Numbered from the whole stretch's first letter, positions 38,791 to 51,299 are shown. The stretch is DNA of 63,775 nucleotides, filler included, from Dicyema japonicum (GCA_011109175.1; 10 parts of 10 records of this genome joined end to end with filler, not necessarily neighbours in it), one strand, 5' to 3'. The notes: generated by a model not told the origin, from the letters alone. Translations and numbers: made by a program.

Positions 38791-38850
38791 ATTTTAAGTG
38801 AAGGAGTTAATTTTTTTTAATTAATCGTAGGTAGGGCCATAGATCTTCAC

Positions 38851-39036
38851 TTTTTTTTTCTTGTGTGTGGGTCCAAGATAGATGCTCCAGTTCCGCAGTG
38901 AGTATTCACTGACGACGGCGTCACTCGTCAAGCCATTAGGCATCGTAGATGCGTGGAACCTTCCGCCAGAACAGGGCCAGACTCGAACCCGCGACCTTAG
39001 TCACTATGGCCCAAGCCCTAACCACTGTGCCACCCC
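38851..39036 (-). mobile_element. tRNA-derived SINE
   Basis: A-box TGGCACAGTGG, B-box GGTTCGAGTC, imperfect cloverleaf, unique body, A9 tail. Confidence 0.75.
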
Positions 39037-39288
39037 AGTGTTTACACTGACCTTTGTAAAAATCATATCCTGCAAATATGAGAAGAATAGCCCTTCTGCT
39101 AGGGGAAAGTTATTTCCATATTTCAGCCACATTGATGACGGCGATACTTGAATGTGCAGCTTGTCCAGGATGCTAAAGAGAGTTTTGTGATGAACTTTCT
39201 TTGTAATTAGTTAGTCTACAATCTTTTTATCGGCAAAAGTACTTTTAAGAAAAATGAATAAACGAAATTAAAAATCAAAATATATTTA

Positions 39289-39855
39289 TTAAAGAGTAAG
39301 GGCATAGTTTCTAAGTATAACACCAACTTTCTCATCAACAATACCTTGATGCAACCATAGAGAAATAATAGACATTACAGTGTTAGGATTTTCACTAATG
39401 TGACTAAAGGTTTTCAGAATTGTTGATTTAAAATGTAAATCTTTAACAAGTTGACTATGAAAACCAATTATCATTGATTTAAAATTTTTAAATATTTTAG
39501 TAGATTTGACTTCTTGAAATGTAACAAGATCACAAAGAGCAATAAGATTGTCCATTGACTTTTTTGATTTTTCAACAACTGACTTATTTTTTTCCAATAT
39601 AATAAATAAGTCAAAATATAGTGATTGGAGCTTATTTTGACAACTTAATTTGTATTCTTTAAAAAATTTAGAACATAAATTTGGTTGCGATTTAGTAGAT
39701 AAAATTTGAGTATTTGTTATTTTTTCGAAAATAATTGACGCTTCCATGTTTAATTCTTGAATTTCATCCACACAGTTTAAGTATTTAGTTATGATTGTCT
39801 TTAATTGTTTTTGCGAACTAGTTGAAGATTCTTCTGATACTAAAAAATTTAACAT
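39289..39855 (-). CDS. CINP: CINP-like (CDK2-interacting protein), 188 aa, no intron apparent
   Basis: C-terminal KDLHFKSTILKTFSH..NPNTVMSIISLWLHQGIVD resembles the CINP signature KELLLKRTVAKELAH..DPDLTLSYLSMWLHQPYVE. Confidence 0.6.
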   Translation of the reverse strand: MLNFLVSEESSTSSQKQLKTIITKYLNCVDEIQELNMEASIIFEKITNTQILSTKSQPNLCSKFFKEYKLSCQNKLQSLYFDLFIILEKNKSVVEKSKKSMDNLIALCDLVTFQEVKSTKIFKNFKSMIIGFHSQLVKDLHFKSTILKTFSHISENPNTVMSIISLWLHQGIVDEKVGVILRNYALTL

Positions 39856-40407
39856 CTACAACAACAAGCTAAATGAAGTTTCATTTATCATTTTATCTCA
39901 AAAATTAATAAATATAGAATTATTTTAATGTAGAAAAATATATAACGATAATCATTTTTTAAATCAATTTTAACCTTTTTGGAGATTAATCTTTTTGATT
40001 AAATTTTATAATGTGATTTTTTCGTATAATTCTATATGACATATGAAAAAATATTCTTATTGCAATTTATTAAAAAGTATATTTTGGTTAATCGTTTGAT
40101 ATTCCTAATTGTAAATTGAACTCTATGCTCGCCAATCCAATGCTTTTTTAACCAAAAATTCTGGAATTGTGGTTTCCAATGTAAGCCAAAAGAGAAATGT
40201 CAGATCTATATTGTTAGCAAATGTTTTATAATAATTAATTTTCAACTAACTATTCTTACACATTCTCTGTGTGCGTGGGTCAAATTATGATAAATTTATG
40301 TTGTATTAAAAATTAAATTTTATAATTTAATTATTCAATAATATTTTGATTAAAAAATTTAAAATTTGTTAATGTTGATTTTTTAATCACTTTTCTTTGT
40401 GTGAATA

Positions 40408-41309
40408 ATGAATTCCGATGCTTTTCCTGACGAATCTGGTTTTTCTTGTGATCAATGTAAAACTCTTTCAAAAGTAATCCACCTTTTTGACACTTTACTA
40501 TAATATTTAGTCTTTATCTGAATTAAGCAAGATCAGAAAAGAAGAATTTTTATATTTTAAAAAAAAGATAGTCGATTTCAAGTATTTTAATTATTAATTA
40601 TTCAGTTTTTTAATGGACGAAAATGATACTCTCAAAAAACAAATCAATCAAATTAAATCTGAAAAAGAACATCTATCAAAAAAGCTAATCCACACTCAAA
40701 GGTACAAGTCTTGAAGTAATATATAAGAGAAAATTCGTCCTTGTGTGAAGATTTGAAGAACAGACTATCTGAAAATAATTCCATGAAAAAAGTAACCACT
40801 AAAGCTTCGTTTTTTTAGAAAATTAACACCTTGGACAAAAATAATAAAAAACTTCCATCTGTAAACGAACGGTGTCTTTCCTTAGAAGTATATTAAGACT
40901 CTTAAATTCATTTTTAGAGTCAAATTCGTTATTTCATAATGACTATCAAAGATCTGGAACTTGAAATTGTAGAATTAAAACGTAATCAATTAGCAGATGC
41001 AAATAAAAAGTTAATCTATTTTTTAATTTTTTAGTTCTGACTGTAGGAAATCGAAACAAGGTTATTTTAATACTATATACCATTTTTAAATTATATTTAT
41101 TAATAGACTTGAAAATGGACAAGAAAAATATTCTAGTATTTTATCATAAATTCTAATTTTCAGGAAAATCAAAGAGTTTGTTCAAATCTAAAACAAAAAA
41201 GCAAAATAGAAAACGGATCTATTTTTTCTAATGAAACTGAACAAATATTTCCTGAAGATGAAGCTAATTTCTTTTCACGTCAAGATAATGCTAGCAATCG
41301 TGATATTTC
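40408..41309 (+). CDS. Coiled-coil protein with N-terminal CxxC, ICE1 (little elongation complex)-like; ~7 micro-introns, truncated at the linker
   Basis: Spliced manually: SCDQCKTLSKSL..FKKKIVDFNFL..TQRENSSL, similar to the ICE1 N-terminus CQGCASLQQNL..LKQKIINTDNL..RRENSNL. Confidence 0.5.
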
Positions 41310-41445
41310 NNNNNNNNNNNNNNNNNNNNNNNNNNNNNNNNNNNNNNNNNNNNTTAATTAATTAANNNNNNNNNNNNNNNNNNNNNNNNNNNNNNNNNNN
41401 NNNNNNNNNTCCATTTTCCTCTGTCGAATGCAGTGATCTCAGTAC

Positions 41446-42260
41446 TGGTTGAGCTGGTGACGTGGCTCTGCTACACATGTCTAAAAAACACTCATTATAC
41501 AATCGAGAACTCAGGATAATGACGTTCAACGTCCGTGGAATATCGAAAGATTTGACAAGGAAAGTACTTTGTGAACGATCTTGAGAACTACAAAATATCT
41601 ATTGGCTGTTTACAAGAGACAAAAATCGAAAATGGACGCGATGAAACATGGAACAACTACCGATCTCTTCCCGACTGAATTCAACCACTACGGCATGTGA
41701 TTTTCCTTATACGTGAATTACCTCAAAAAACTAAATCGCTATTGGAGAGTCAACGACCGAATGTGTCCTTCAAATAAAACTAAATGATTTATGCTCGTCC
41801 AAGATTCTATTAACTATTATAAATGTCTATACACCACATTGCGGGCGAGTAATCAAGAACCCTGGTGAGCTCGAGGAATTCTACTCAGAACTATTAAGCA
41901 CATATTCGAATAATTTGTCCTCGCCCTTGTCTTTGTTGCGGGAGAGCGAATAGGACCCGAAGAATCCTCTATTGGAAGACACGGACAAGGAAGGAGAAAT
42001 GCATCTGGAGCCTCTCTGGTGAACTTCTGCGAGGCAAATAGCCTATTCCTGTGCAAACACGGCCTTCGTGCACTCAGCTCGCCACAAGACAACATGGCAC
42101 GGACAAAGGAAAAACTCTGTCGGAGAGACCGTGAATATATACAATCCAATCGACTACATATCTGCCGAAAGTCTAATAAATACCTGCTAAACGATGCAGG
42201 TCTTACCAGGGACAACAACTGACAGCGACCATAGGATCGTTATTGATGAACTGTCTGTAA
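41446..42260 (+). mobile_element. RTE-like LINE 5' part (APE endonuclease)
   Basis: MTFNVRG, IGCLQETK, IINVYTP, LGRHGQGRRN, YIQSNRLH. Confidence 0.8.
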
Positions 42261-42399
42261 AAAAGCACTTGACGGGAAAATAATATTGAAAATGCAAAGA
42301 AGGCGAGACAAAGGCCCAATATATACTTTTAGACAGAAAATTTGTGGTTAGAGCCCACTTTAGGGCTAAATTATTTATTATTATTAGCACTTTCACGAG

Positions 42400-42607
42400 A
42401 GCCATAATATTTTTAGCCCCGCATGTGCAGCAAAAATATAAGAGAATTAGTTAGGTTGCTCCAAGCTCTTCTGTTCTTTGCTAAGTCCCTCAGTGAGTCC
42501 AGATCGTCATTAGATGCCAATGTTTTCTTCACGGCTTTCAGATCGTTTTGTAGAACGACCGGGAGGGTAGTTCTCGGTCTTCCACGAAAGCGTTTTACAT
42601 TGGAGGA
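42400..42607 (-). mobile_element. RTE-like LINE 3' end
   Basis: RGRPRTTLPVVLQNDL...LRDLAKNRRAWSNL. Confidence 0.8.
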
Positions 42608-44033
42608 GTATTTCATAACTTATTCTTTTATATTAATCCTTACGTACTATCGAAATAATTGTACTGAGAATTGGGGCGCAATGTGGTTTACCTGTCGTGG
42701 AGGCCCTCATTAACAGTTAGACAATGGGGTAGATGTTAATAAATTGTCCTGATATCCTCGTATCTCACAAATGTTCATATTCTAAGGTATTAAATTATGA
42801 ATAATTTTATGTTCCTAATTAAACTAACGATTGTTTCAAAAACTGTTTGAAGCGCTGCAAGAAATTATAGAAATGACTTTAAAGCGAGTGCCATAAGTGA
42901 CATGTAAAAAGCCTCATGGTCCCTAGTTCGAATCACGCTGCTGTACATTCCTGAACGTTCCACACATCTACGATAACAAAATGCTAAAAAGATGTGAAGA
43001 GTATTTCTTGATTCTCCCTCGATTAGTTATCATAATTATTATTTGCTTAAGCCTGGGTGTAACTATGGGTAACATGGGTCTGCTTTAAGGGAGTATTATT
43101 AAAGTGAAAACTAATTCAAGAACGAATAATCTTATGGATTGATGACTCAAATAACTTAAATATTGATTTATTATTCATAATATTAGCAAGATTATAAGCC
43201 ATTGAAGTGAAAAATTTGAACAAATCGTAATTTCATTCTGTCACGCAAAGTACATCGATTAGACATTAACAATTTTTATCGTTTTTTCACAATTTAAATA
43301 CCTATTCGTTAAAAATTATTTACGCTGCGGTATCACAATAGACATTTGGTAAAATACAATATTTCACTGATTAACCGCATGATTACTAAATATGCATTAC
43401 TAAATTATACTCCTAAAGCTGTTGACCGCTAATTGGTTTATTATTCTTTATGTGAAAGCTTAGTGCTTTGTTAATGACATATATTAGACCAAACCCACAA
43501 AACATTATCCCTTCTCCCTTAATTTATTTAAAAGTTTTATTATTGGTATAATATCATAAAATTATTTATTTTAAAGATAATTAGTGTTGTCATGAGAGAC
43601 GGAATTGTCATGCGCCCACCACCATCAAATACTCATTACAAGATACTAACCCCACTTAGTCATTCCACAAATTCCAGAAAGGACAGTGAACTGGAAAGGC
43701 AAACTGCATCTCCAGAACAGACCGTTGAGGAAGACTCATGTATGTTCGAGTTTGTAGATGTATCTGATGCTATCGACAATCTTTCTAATCCATATGAAAA
43801 TGGAAGAATTTTGGCGCTTAAATACTTAAAACAGGTTCCACGTGCATATAACCTTAGATCACCTCCCAAGATCGAAACAAAGCACGCGACTTATTGTGAG
43901 TTTAAATAAATAAATAGGCTATTTGGGGGAATTCAACGACTCTGTCTTCTTTTATGGACTTACAACCCAAACGGACCCCGCTTTTGGTAGAAATCCTCGC
44001 CAATATCACTTCAAAGAACCCACATGCTGCGGA
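42608..44033 (+). repeat. Left arm of a ~1.43-kb inverted duplication
   Basis: Reverse complement of 47026-48448 with only scattered substitutions/indels; contains ORF 43592-43909. Confidence 0.95.
42890..42980 (+). mobile_element. Degenerate member of the same SINE family (copy at ~48075-48165, minus)
   Basis: B-box GTTCGAATC followed by TTCCACACATCTACGAT, matching TTCCACGCATCTACGAT in the 38851-39036 SINE. Confidence 0.45.
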
Positions 44034-44539
44034 CTCATATTCATTATACGTCTTTGATAATGCTGAGTAGAATTCATCCAGTTCGGTCGGGTTTTTTGCC
44101 ACTCTTCCACAGTGTGGTGCATATATATATTTATAATCGTTAGTGTATTTTTAGGGGAACATTGATTGTTCAGGTGGATCTGTATTACGCAGATCCTGTC
44201 ATTCACCCGCCAAATGCGACTGATGTCAGGTGATAGTTTTCTGTGAATGGCGAATCCAAGACCATAGTGTTTCGAGTCACTGGGTAGACATATTAGGCGA
44301 TATCTTCCGTGGTTTTCATCGAGATAGTACGTAATTTTCGTCTCTTGTATACAGCCAATAGAAACGTTATATTTTTCTAGGTCATCACAGAGACTATTTC
44401 TTGACTGAGGCTTAGATATTCCTCTAGCATTGAACATAAGAAACTTTAGGGCAAGCATATTCTTTTGTATCTTCTGCTTTCTAGACATTTTTCTTAACCG
44501 TTGTACAGAGAAGAAACGAGGCACGTCACCACCTCACCA
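43910..44539 (-). mobile_element. Inverted 5' segment (terminal motif + APE domain) of an RTE-like LINE
   Basis: ORF 44006-44524: FLMFNARG, IGCIQETK, IWRVNDRI. Confidence 0.85.
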
Positions 44540-44544
44540 AAAAA

Positions 44545-46190
44545 GGCTAAATATCACGAACAAATCGAGACTCTCATGAAGAAAACCGTACCGGAATCAT
44601 CAGTACGAACTCTGTGGGATCAAACAAAACAGGCAATCTCCAAGTCGGCCAAAATATGCCTTGGAGTCCGAAATCATCACGCCCTAAAATTGGATCACCA
44701 CCCGAACGTGCCAATATGGCAAAGCATTGCAGAGAGCTACGACTAAAAGCGGCAAACACGTCAGACGAGAGTAAAAAAAAGAGCTTAATATCCAACAAAG
44801 GGAACTAAAGTGGAAAATCAAAAAGATGAACAGAAAACATTCACGGGAAATTATTACATCCCTATTAAAAGATGTGGAATGCCTAAAAGACAATTCAAGG
44901 ATGTATGCGGCTTTGCGGCTGCTGCGGACAAAGAAAGGACAAAACATCCTTCACATCAAAGACAAAGATGGAAAATTCGTGGGTAACCCGAAAGAAAAAG
45001 CAGAATTGATTGCACGACACTTCGAAACACTGTTGAATAAAGAAAATAATGACTTTCCCCTTTCCAAGGAGAAGCAAAGGCGCTAAAAATCCCAATCACA
45101 GTGGAAGAGGTGGAATTAGCGATAAATAAACTGAAGAACAACAAGAGTGCTGGGCCGGACAACATAAGCCCTGAGCTCCTAAAATATGGGCCAAAAAAAC
45201 TTAGCGACACAATTGCAAAAACCCTAAATGACGTCTTTGAAACTAATACCGATCTAGGAAAATGGATTATTAATACCCATACAAAAAAACAAAAGGACCA
45301 GTAGAAAATCTCCGCCCGATAATACTTCTGAATTCGATACGCAAGGTGCTGGCAAACATTGCACTAAGCCGGATAAAGGGTGTGGCGGATATATACCTAC
45401 CAGCAAGTCAAAGTGGGTTCCGAGAAGGGAGGTCTACGGCAGACATTGTATGGAGCCACAGATGGCGCTGCGCAACGCACCAAAGATTCAAGAGCGCAAC
45501 AACCGTGTTGGGAATAGATCTCTCCAGAGCTTTCGACTCAATAAACAGACAGAAACTGATGAATGTGCTTGAGCAAATATTGGATGAATCGTCGGTTAGG
45601 ATAATCAGACTACTACTTGCGAACACAAGACTATCTGTGAGGACAGAAGGAGCAACTTCCCGCAGTTTCAAAACAACGATTGGGACACCCCAGGGTGATT
45701 CCCTCTCCCCTTTACTATTCACCATATACCTTGAATCTGCACTCCGCGACCTCCGTAAATGCTATATAGGAGACATAGAAGAGACATCTTATGCGGATGA
45801 TGTGGATTTTGTATCACGGGATGTGACCGCACTCCAACACCTGCTAGAAAATGCACCTGCGGAGCTTGAGAAATGGTTTCTCAGCGTAAATGTAAACAAA
45901 ACTGAAATTACGGAAATCAAAAGAGAAGACGATATTACTCAAGAAAGATGGAGACGTACTAATAAGCTCGGCTCTCTACTAGGAGAAGCTGAGGATGTAC
46001 TAAGGAGGAAAACACTGGCAAATGCGGCAATGGCTAAACTGAGGAAAGGATGGCTAGGAGCCAAAGGACTTGGAATTGACATCAGATACAGGTTTTACAA
46101 CGCCTTTACAAATCCTTAGCATACGGAACACCACCATCACCAAATCCGAAGAATCAACCTCCAATAGGTTCAAAATGCTAAGGAGACCGT
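44545..46190 (+). mobile_element. RTE-like LINE linker + reverse transcriptase, 3'-truncated
   Basis: KNNKSAGPD, QSGFREGRST, IDLSRAFDS, GTPQGDSLSPLLF, YADDVDF. Confidence 0.9.
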
Positions 46191-47025
46191 CGTTAATGCG
46201 AATTTGGCGCCTGTAGAAACGGGAAAACTTAAATTGATTGGAAAATGTAAAACCTTAGTATTTGGGGACATTAAAGAAAAAATATCTTCATAATGTTTTC
46301 AATGTACAAGAGATCTGTTGTTTTCTTCATAACGTACAAAAAAGTTGTGTGTACATCGGCTAACCAAAACATGGCGGGTCTAAATAAATTTGGCGGGCAA
46401 ACTCATTCCGAGCATAATCACGACGTGGTGTCCGAAGGCTGACACATGCTTTATAAATAATTAAACCAATTTACAAAATAAACTGCTTTTTCTTCTTCGA
46501 AATATTCCGGCTGGAAATCCATTGCCAGGCCCTTTAGTATTTCAAACACAATTTTCACGGTTTTCTGTCTAATGTTGTTAAAAATGGCCGAAATCTTAAC
46601 AATCTCCAACAGAGAGACAGGTACAGAGATTCTAAACAGCAATCCTAGTCTACACTTGTAGTCCTGTAAACAGTTCCTATGCCAAAATCAGTAAATGAAC
46701 TCACAGCAAGCATTCCCCAATCCATCGGATCATATTAGCCTCATTTTCACCCACAGTCTCTCGTCCACGTGGAATAGAGCATGTACGACGAAATTTGATA
46801 AAATATGCTCAAAGTGACTAACTGTGGCCTCAAAAACACTCTGGGCAGAGTCCTTGAGATTACAGGCTTATGTTACGTGAATTAAGGATAAATTCCTAAG
46901 AATCTTGGCAATCTTAGTTGATATATCAATCTGTGTGTCATTAATGTGCTTTACTAGGTTCCTCACGTTGTTATTCGACTCGAGGAACGCTTTCTAAGAC
47001 TTATAAGTTGATTAAAACGCAAATA

Positions 47026-48448
47026 TCCGCAGCATGTGGGTTCTTTGAAGTGATATTGGCGAGGATTTCTACCAAAAGCGGGGTCCGTTTGGGGTTGTAA
47101 GTCCATAAAAGAAGACAGAGTCGTTGAATTCCCCCAAATAGCCTATTTATTTATTTAAACTCACAATAAGTCGCGTGCTTTGTTTCGATCTTGGGAGGTG
47201 ATCTAAGGTTATATGCACGTGGAACCTGTTTTAAGTATTTAAGCGCCAAAATTCTTCCATTTTCATATGGATTAGAAAGATTGTCGATAGCATCAGATAC
47301 ATCTACAAACTCGAACATACATGAGTCTTCCTCAACGGTCTGTTCTGGAGATGCAGTTTGCCTTTCCAGTTCACTGTCCTTTCTGGAATTTGTGGAATGA
47401 CTAAGTGGGGTTAGTATCTTGTAATGAGTATTTGATGGTGGTGGGCGCATGACAATTCCGTCTCTCATGACAACACTAATTATCTTTAAAATAAATAATT
47501 TTATGATATTACCAATAATAAAACTTTTAAATAAATTAAGGGAGAAGGGATAATGTTTTGTGGGTTTGGTCTAATATATGTCATTAACAAAGCACTAAGC
47601 TTTCACATAAAGAATAATAAACCAAATAGCGGTCAACAGCTTTAGGAGTATAATTTAGTAATGCATATTTAGTAATCATGCGGTTAATCAGTGAAAATAT
47701 TGTATTTTACCAAATGTCTATTGTGATACCGCAGCGTAAATAATTTTAACGAATAGGTATTTAAATTGTGAAAAAACGATAAAATTGTTAATGTCTAATC
47801 GATGTACTTTGCGTGACAGAATGAAATTACGATTTGTTCAAATTTTTCACTTCAATGGCTTATAATCTTGCTAATATTATGAATAATAAATCAATATTTA
47901 AGTTATTTGAGTCATCAATCCATAAGATTATTCGTTCTTGAATTAGTTTTCACTTTAATAATACTCCCTTAAAGCAGACCCATATTACCATAGTTACACC
48001 CAGGCTTAAGCAAATAACAATTATGATAACTAATCGAGGGAGAATCAAGAAATACTCTTCACATCTTTTTAGCATTTTGTTATCGTAAATGTGTGGAGCG
48101 TTCAGGAATGTACAGCAGCGTGATTCGAACTAGGGACCATAAGGCCTTTTACATGTCACTTATGGCACTCGCTTTAAAGTCATTTCTATAATTTCTTGCA
48201 GCGCTTCAAACAGTTTTTGAAACAATCGTTAGTTTAATTAGGAACATAAAATTATTCATAATTTAATACCTTAGAATATGAACTTTTGTGAGATACGAGG
48301 ATATCAGGACAATTTATTAACATCTACCCCAGTGTCTAACTGTTAATGAGGGCCTCCACGACAGGTAAACCACATTGCGCCCCAATTCTCAGTACAATTA
48401 TTTCGATAGTGCGTAAGGATTAATATAAAGGAATAAGTTATGAAATAC
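47026..48448 (-). repeat. Right arm of the inverted duplication
   Basis: Reverse complement of 42608-44033; ORF 47151-47468 encodes the same 105 aa as 43592-43909. Confidence 0.95.
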
Positions 48449-48789
48449 ATAATCTCATTAATACAGACCATATGGTAATAAAATGATATTTATCCAATAA
48501 TCAATACATTAACTCGGTTTTATTATTTATTTTTTTAAGCGGGCCACACTGTCGGTTAGAATTCCTAACATTTCTCTCCATGCATATCTCTTGTCTCTAA
48601 TCGCCTGTAACACCATTGTCAAGAAGATTCTACACTCTCTCCCGAATTCTCTACTGAACAAGACACCGGTAATGCTCGTGAGGCCTGGACTATTAGTTTT
48701 CCCAACCTTCCATGTTCTCTCAATGGGGTCTGGAGGATGCTGCGTACCGGAAGGCTAGTTTCATCTAACCAACATCGTCATGTCTTCCG

Positions 48790-49350
48790 AAAGCGTGCCT
48801 GGCTCAATTCTTTCCCAATAGAGTTTTGGTATTTTTTAGAATGATCAATGGGATCTCTTATGAATCGGGTTAAAAGTCTGTGTATCGCATCCGTGCAGAT
48901 GCGGAGACTAGATAGATGTTTTGACTCACACCTTCTCTCCTGCAGGAAGAGTGCGAAGTCGAACAAAGTCGTTAGGCGAGCTTTGGACGTTGCCGGACAC
49001 CCCTCCATACTCGAAACAATCGTTCTTTGCAGACGTGACGGGAAACGACCAGATGGGATGACCATCTTCCTCTTTGAAACCAAGAAACCTTTTGTCTGGG
49101 AAGTCACCTGCACCGACACGCTTGCCTCTTGCAACCTACTCCAGAGTTCTTCTGGAATCTGTTCTGTCATTGATACGCAGTCCACCCAATATTTTTTTGT
49201 TTATTGCAATCGCCGTCGAGACGTCTGGTTCCTTTGTGTTTGCGACGCTGGAATTCTTGAGTCGTCTAGGGAATCGGATTTCTACACGATCAGGAAATTC
49301 CCGTACGCGCTGCTGGTTATTTGAGTAATCTCGCTATCCTAAGAGGGAAT
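48790..49350 (+). mobile_element. CRE-like RLE domain fragment
   Basis: HLLSCRKS, VVRRALDVAGHPSILE, DGKRPDGMT, WEVTCTDT. Confidence 0.8.
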
Positions 49351-49642
49351 AACCATCAAGTCAGGACGAAAAAAATAATTCATTAATTTGAAAAATTATT
49401 GAATTTCATTGTTTGTGTGGTAATGAAAATGGGCACTATCATCTTCAGATAGGATGATATTGAAATCAACCTCCTAGCATGGGTGTCGATACAACGACCC
49501 ATTTCTTCACAATTTGTCTCCATATGAAAGAACTACCCTTGANNNNNNNNNNNNNNNNNNNNNNNNNNNNNNNNNNNNNNNNNNNNTTAATTAATTAANN
49601 NNNNNNNNNNNNNNNNNNNNNNNNNNNNNNNNNNNNNNNNNN

Positions 49643-50426
49643 GTGAAAAATAACCCCATTTCATCGCCATAAAATGAGGTCGGCATTCTAATTTCAAATC
49701 ATTGTGATTAAGCTTGCACGTTTTTTTCAAGTTATTGAATTGATCACAGTAGACTGTCGGCAAATCTATAGTCAGGCCTTTAATCACGTTAAATTTTTTA
49801 AATCCTAATTTGTTTATTTTTGAGGATTTATCTCCGACTATAATTACTGAGTCGGATCCGAATCTAAAATATTTCAATCGATACATATACAGTTTTTCTC
49901 CCCCAACATATTTTAAATTTCTAAGAAAATTAAGATTTTCTAATTCATCGGGAACGGTGAAGATGACGAATCCCGTCAGTGCCTGGACCCAACTTAGATA
50001 TTTCAAGTTCTTGATTAGAATATCTCTAATTATAGTGATTTGCAATCAGTACTCTTGTGGCATTATGAAAAGACTTCCGATTACGACAGAACAATATTCA
50101 AATTGGTTGATGTTCGAATTGGTGATAGAAATAACTTTATCCACGATTTCACAAACTATTTTTGTAAAGAAAAACATTTCTAAAATATAAGAGTTGTTGA
50201 AAAGGTTCATTTTTATTGCGAGTCCACCGATTAATACTTCACGTTGTCCACATTCCAACTCGTTTTCACAATCGTGAATTATTTGTGCTGTGAAAATTTT
50301 TGTGATCAAAAAACTTTTAACGAGTGTACCGCCACACGGATATTTTATGAAGGAAATTCGCTCTTCAACGGAATCCAACGAGATTATTTTTGTCTTGTTG
50401 CATTCCATGGATGAATAATGAGCCAA
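49643..50426 (-). CDS. EGFR/ErbB-type receptor L-domain protein fragment with micro-introns
   Basis: KIVCEI..ISITNSNINQFEYCSVVIGSL..LSWVQALTGF..LENLNFLRNLKYVGG parallels EGFR L2; the stop at ~50046 falls inside a 27-nt GT..AG intron. Confidence 0.6.
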
Positions 50427-51299
50427 GTTCCACCTTATGAGATCACAAGAAAGCCAGGGAGCTTACAATCGCAAGATAGCCGAGCATTTTAACGAACGGT
50501 ATACGAATCTCCTTTTATATTAATCAAATTACGTAAGTCTAGAAGGAAGCACAATCAATAATTTAATAAACACGTATTATTATTTCGAACATTGCATGGT
50601 AATCAATCCAATTTAATATTGCTGTGACAGACAGTTTTAACAAAAATTAAAATGGAAATAGATTTTAGTCAGACTTGAAATAATCAGGCACCCTGTAGTT
50701 TGCAGACAACTCGTGCATCCAAAAATATTCAGGTTATGATGCTGAACCCACTCAACAGTAAATGCAAGATCACATTAATTAAATAACTCAGATTAAGCCG
50801 TATCATGTGACATGGGCGGCTGGATACGCATGGGCAACCGGTTACATTTTACCTTGAACAAATCATAATTTTACCTTGAACAAATCATACTATTTTAATC
50901 AATCTATTAACTTCAAAGAAAGTAAATTCAATTCTATAAATTTGATAAACATCATGAAATTAAATAAAAGGAAAGCCGAACCAAGTAAATTGTTTCTGTT
51001 TTAATTTTTACTTAAATAACTAGTAATTAATATTGTATTAGTATCGATTTATTGAATTGATATTCACATCTATTTTTAAATAATTGCTATTCTTATTTTC
51101 GAAAACGCCCAAATATCGGTATCCATCAGCTCTCAAGTAAGCAAGCTTTCTTAGACAAGGACTTGACATTTGTCGAATAAAAAACATTAAAATTAAATTT
51201 TAAACTAAATTTATGTGATTATGACAATAATAAACATGTTTTTCATTCACTCAAAAAATTCTGAGTCAGACGGTTTATGCTCACGAGAATATGAATTGT

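Noticed and set aside
38970-39036. Functional tRNA-Met gene
   Set aside because: Acceptor, D and T stems contain mismatches, and it continues into a SINE body and A tail
43592-43909. 105-aa ORF as a novel gene conserved in two copies
   Set aside because: Identity is explained by the recent inverted duplication; no recognisable domain, so no evidence of selection
45346-46119. Group II intron, retron or other bacterial RT
   Set aside because: Associated with an APE endonuclease and an RTE-type C-terminus in sister copies; an ordinary LINE
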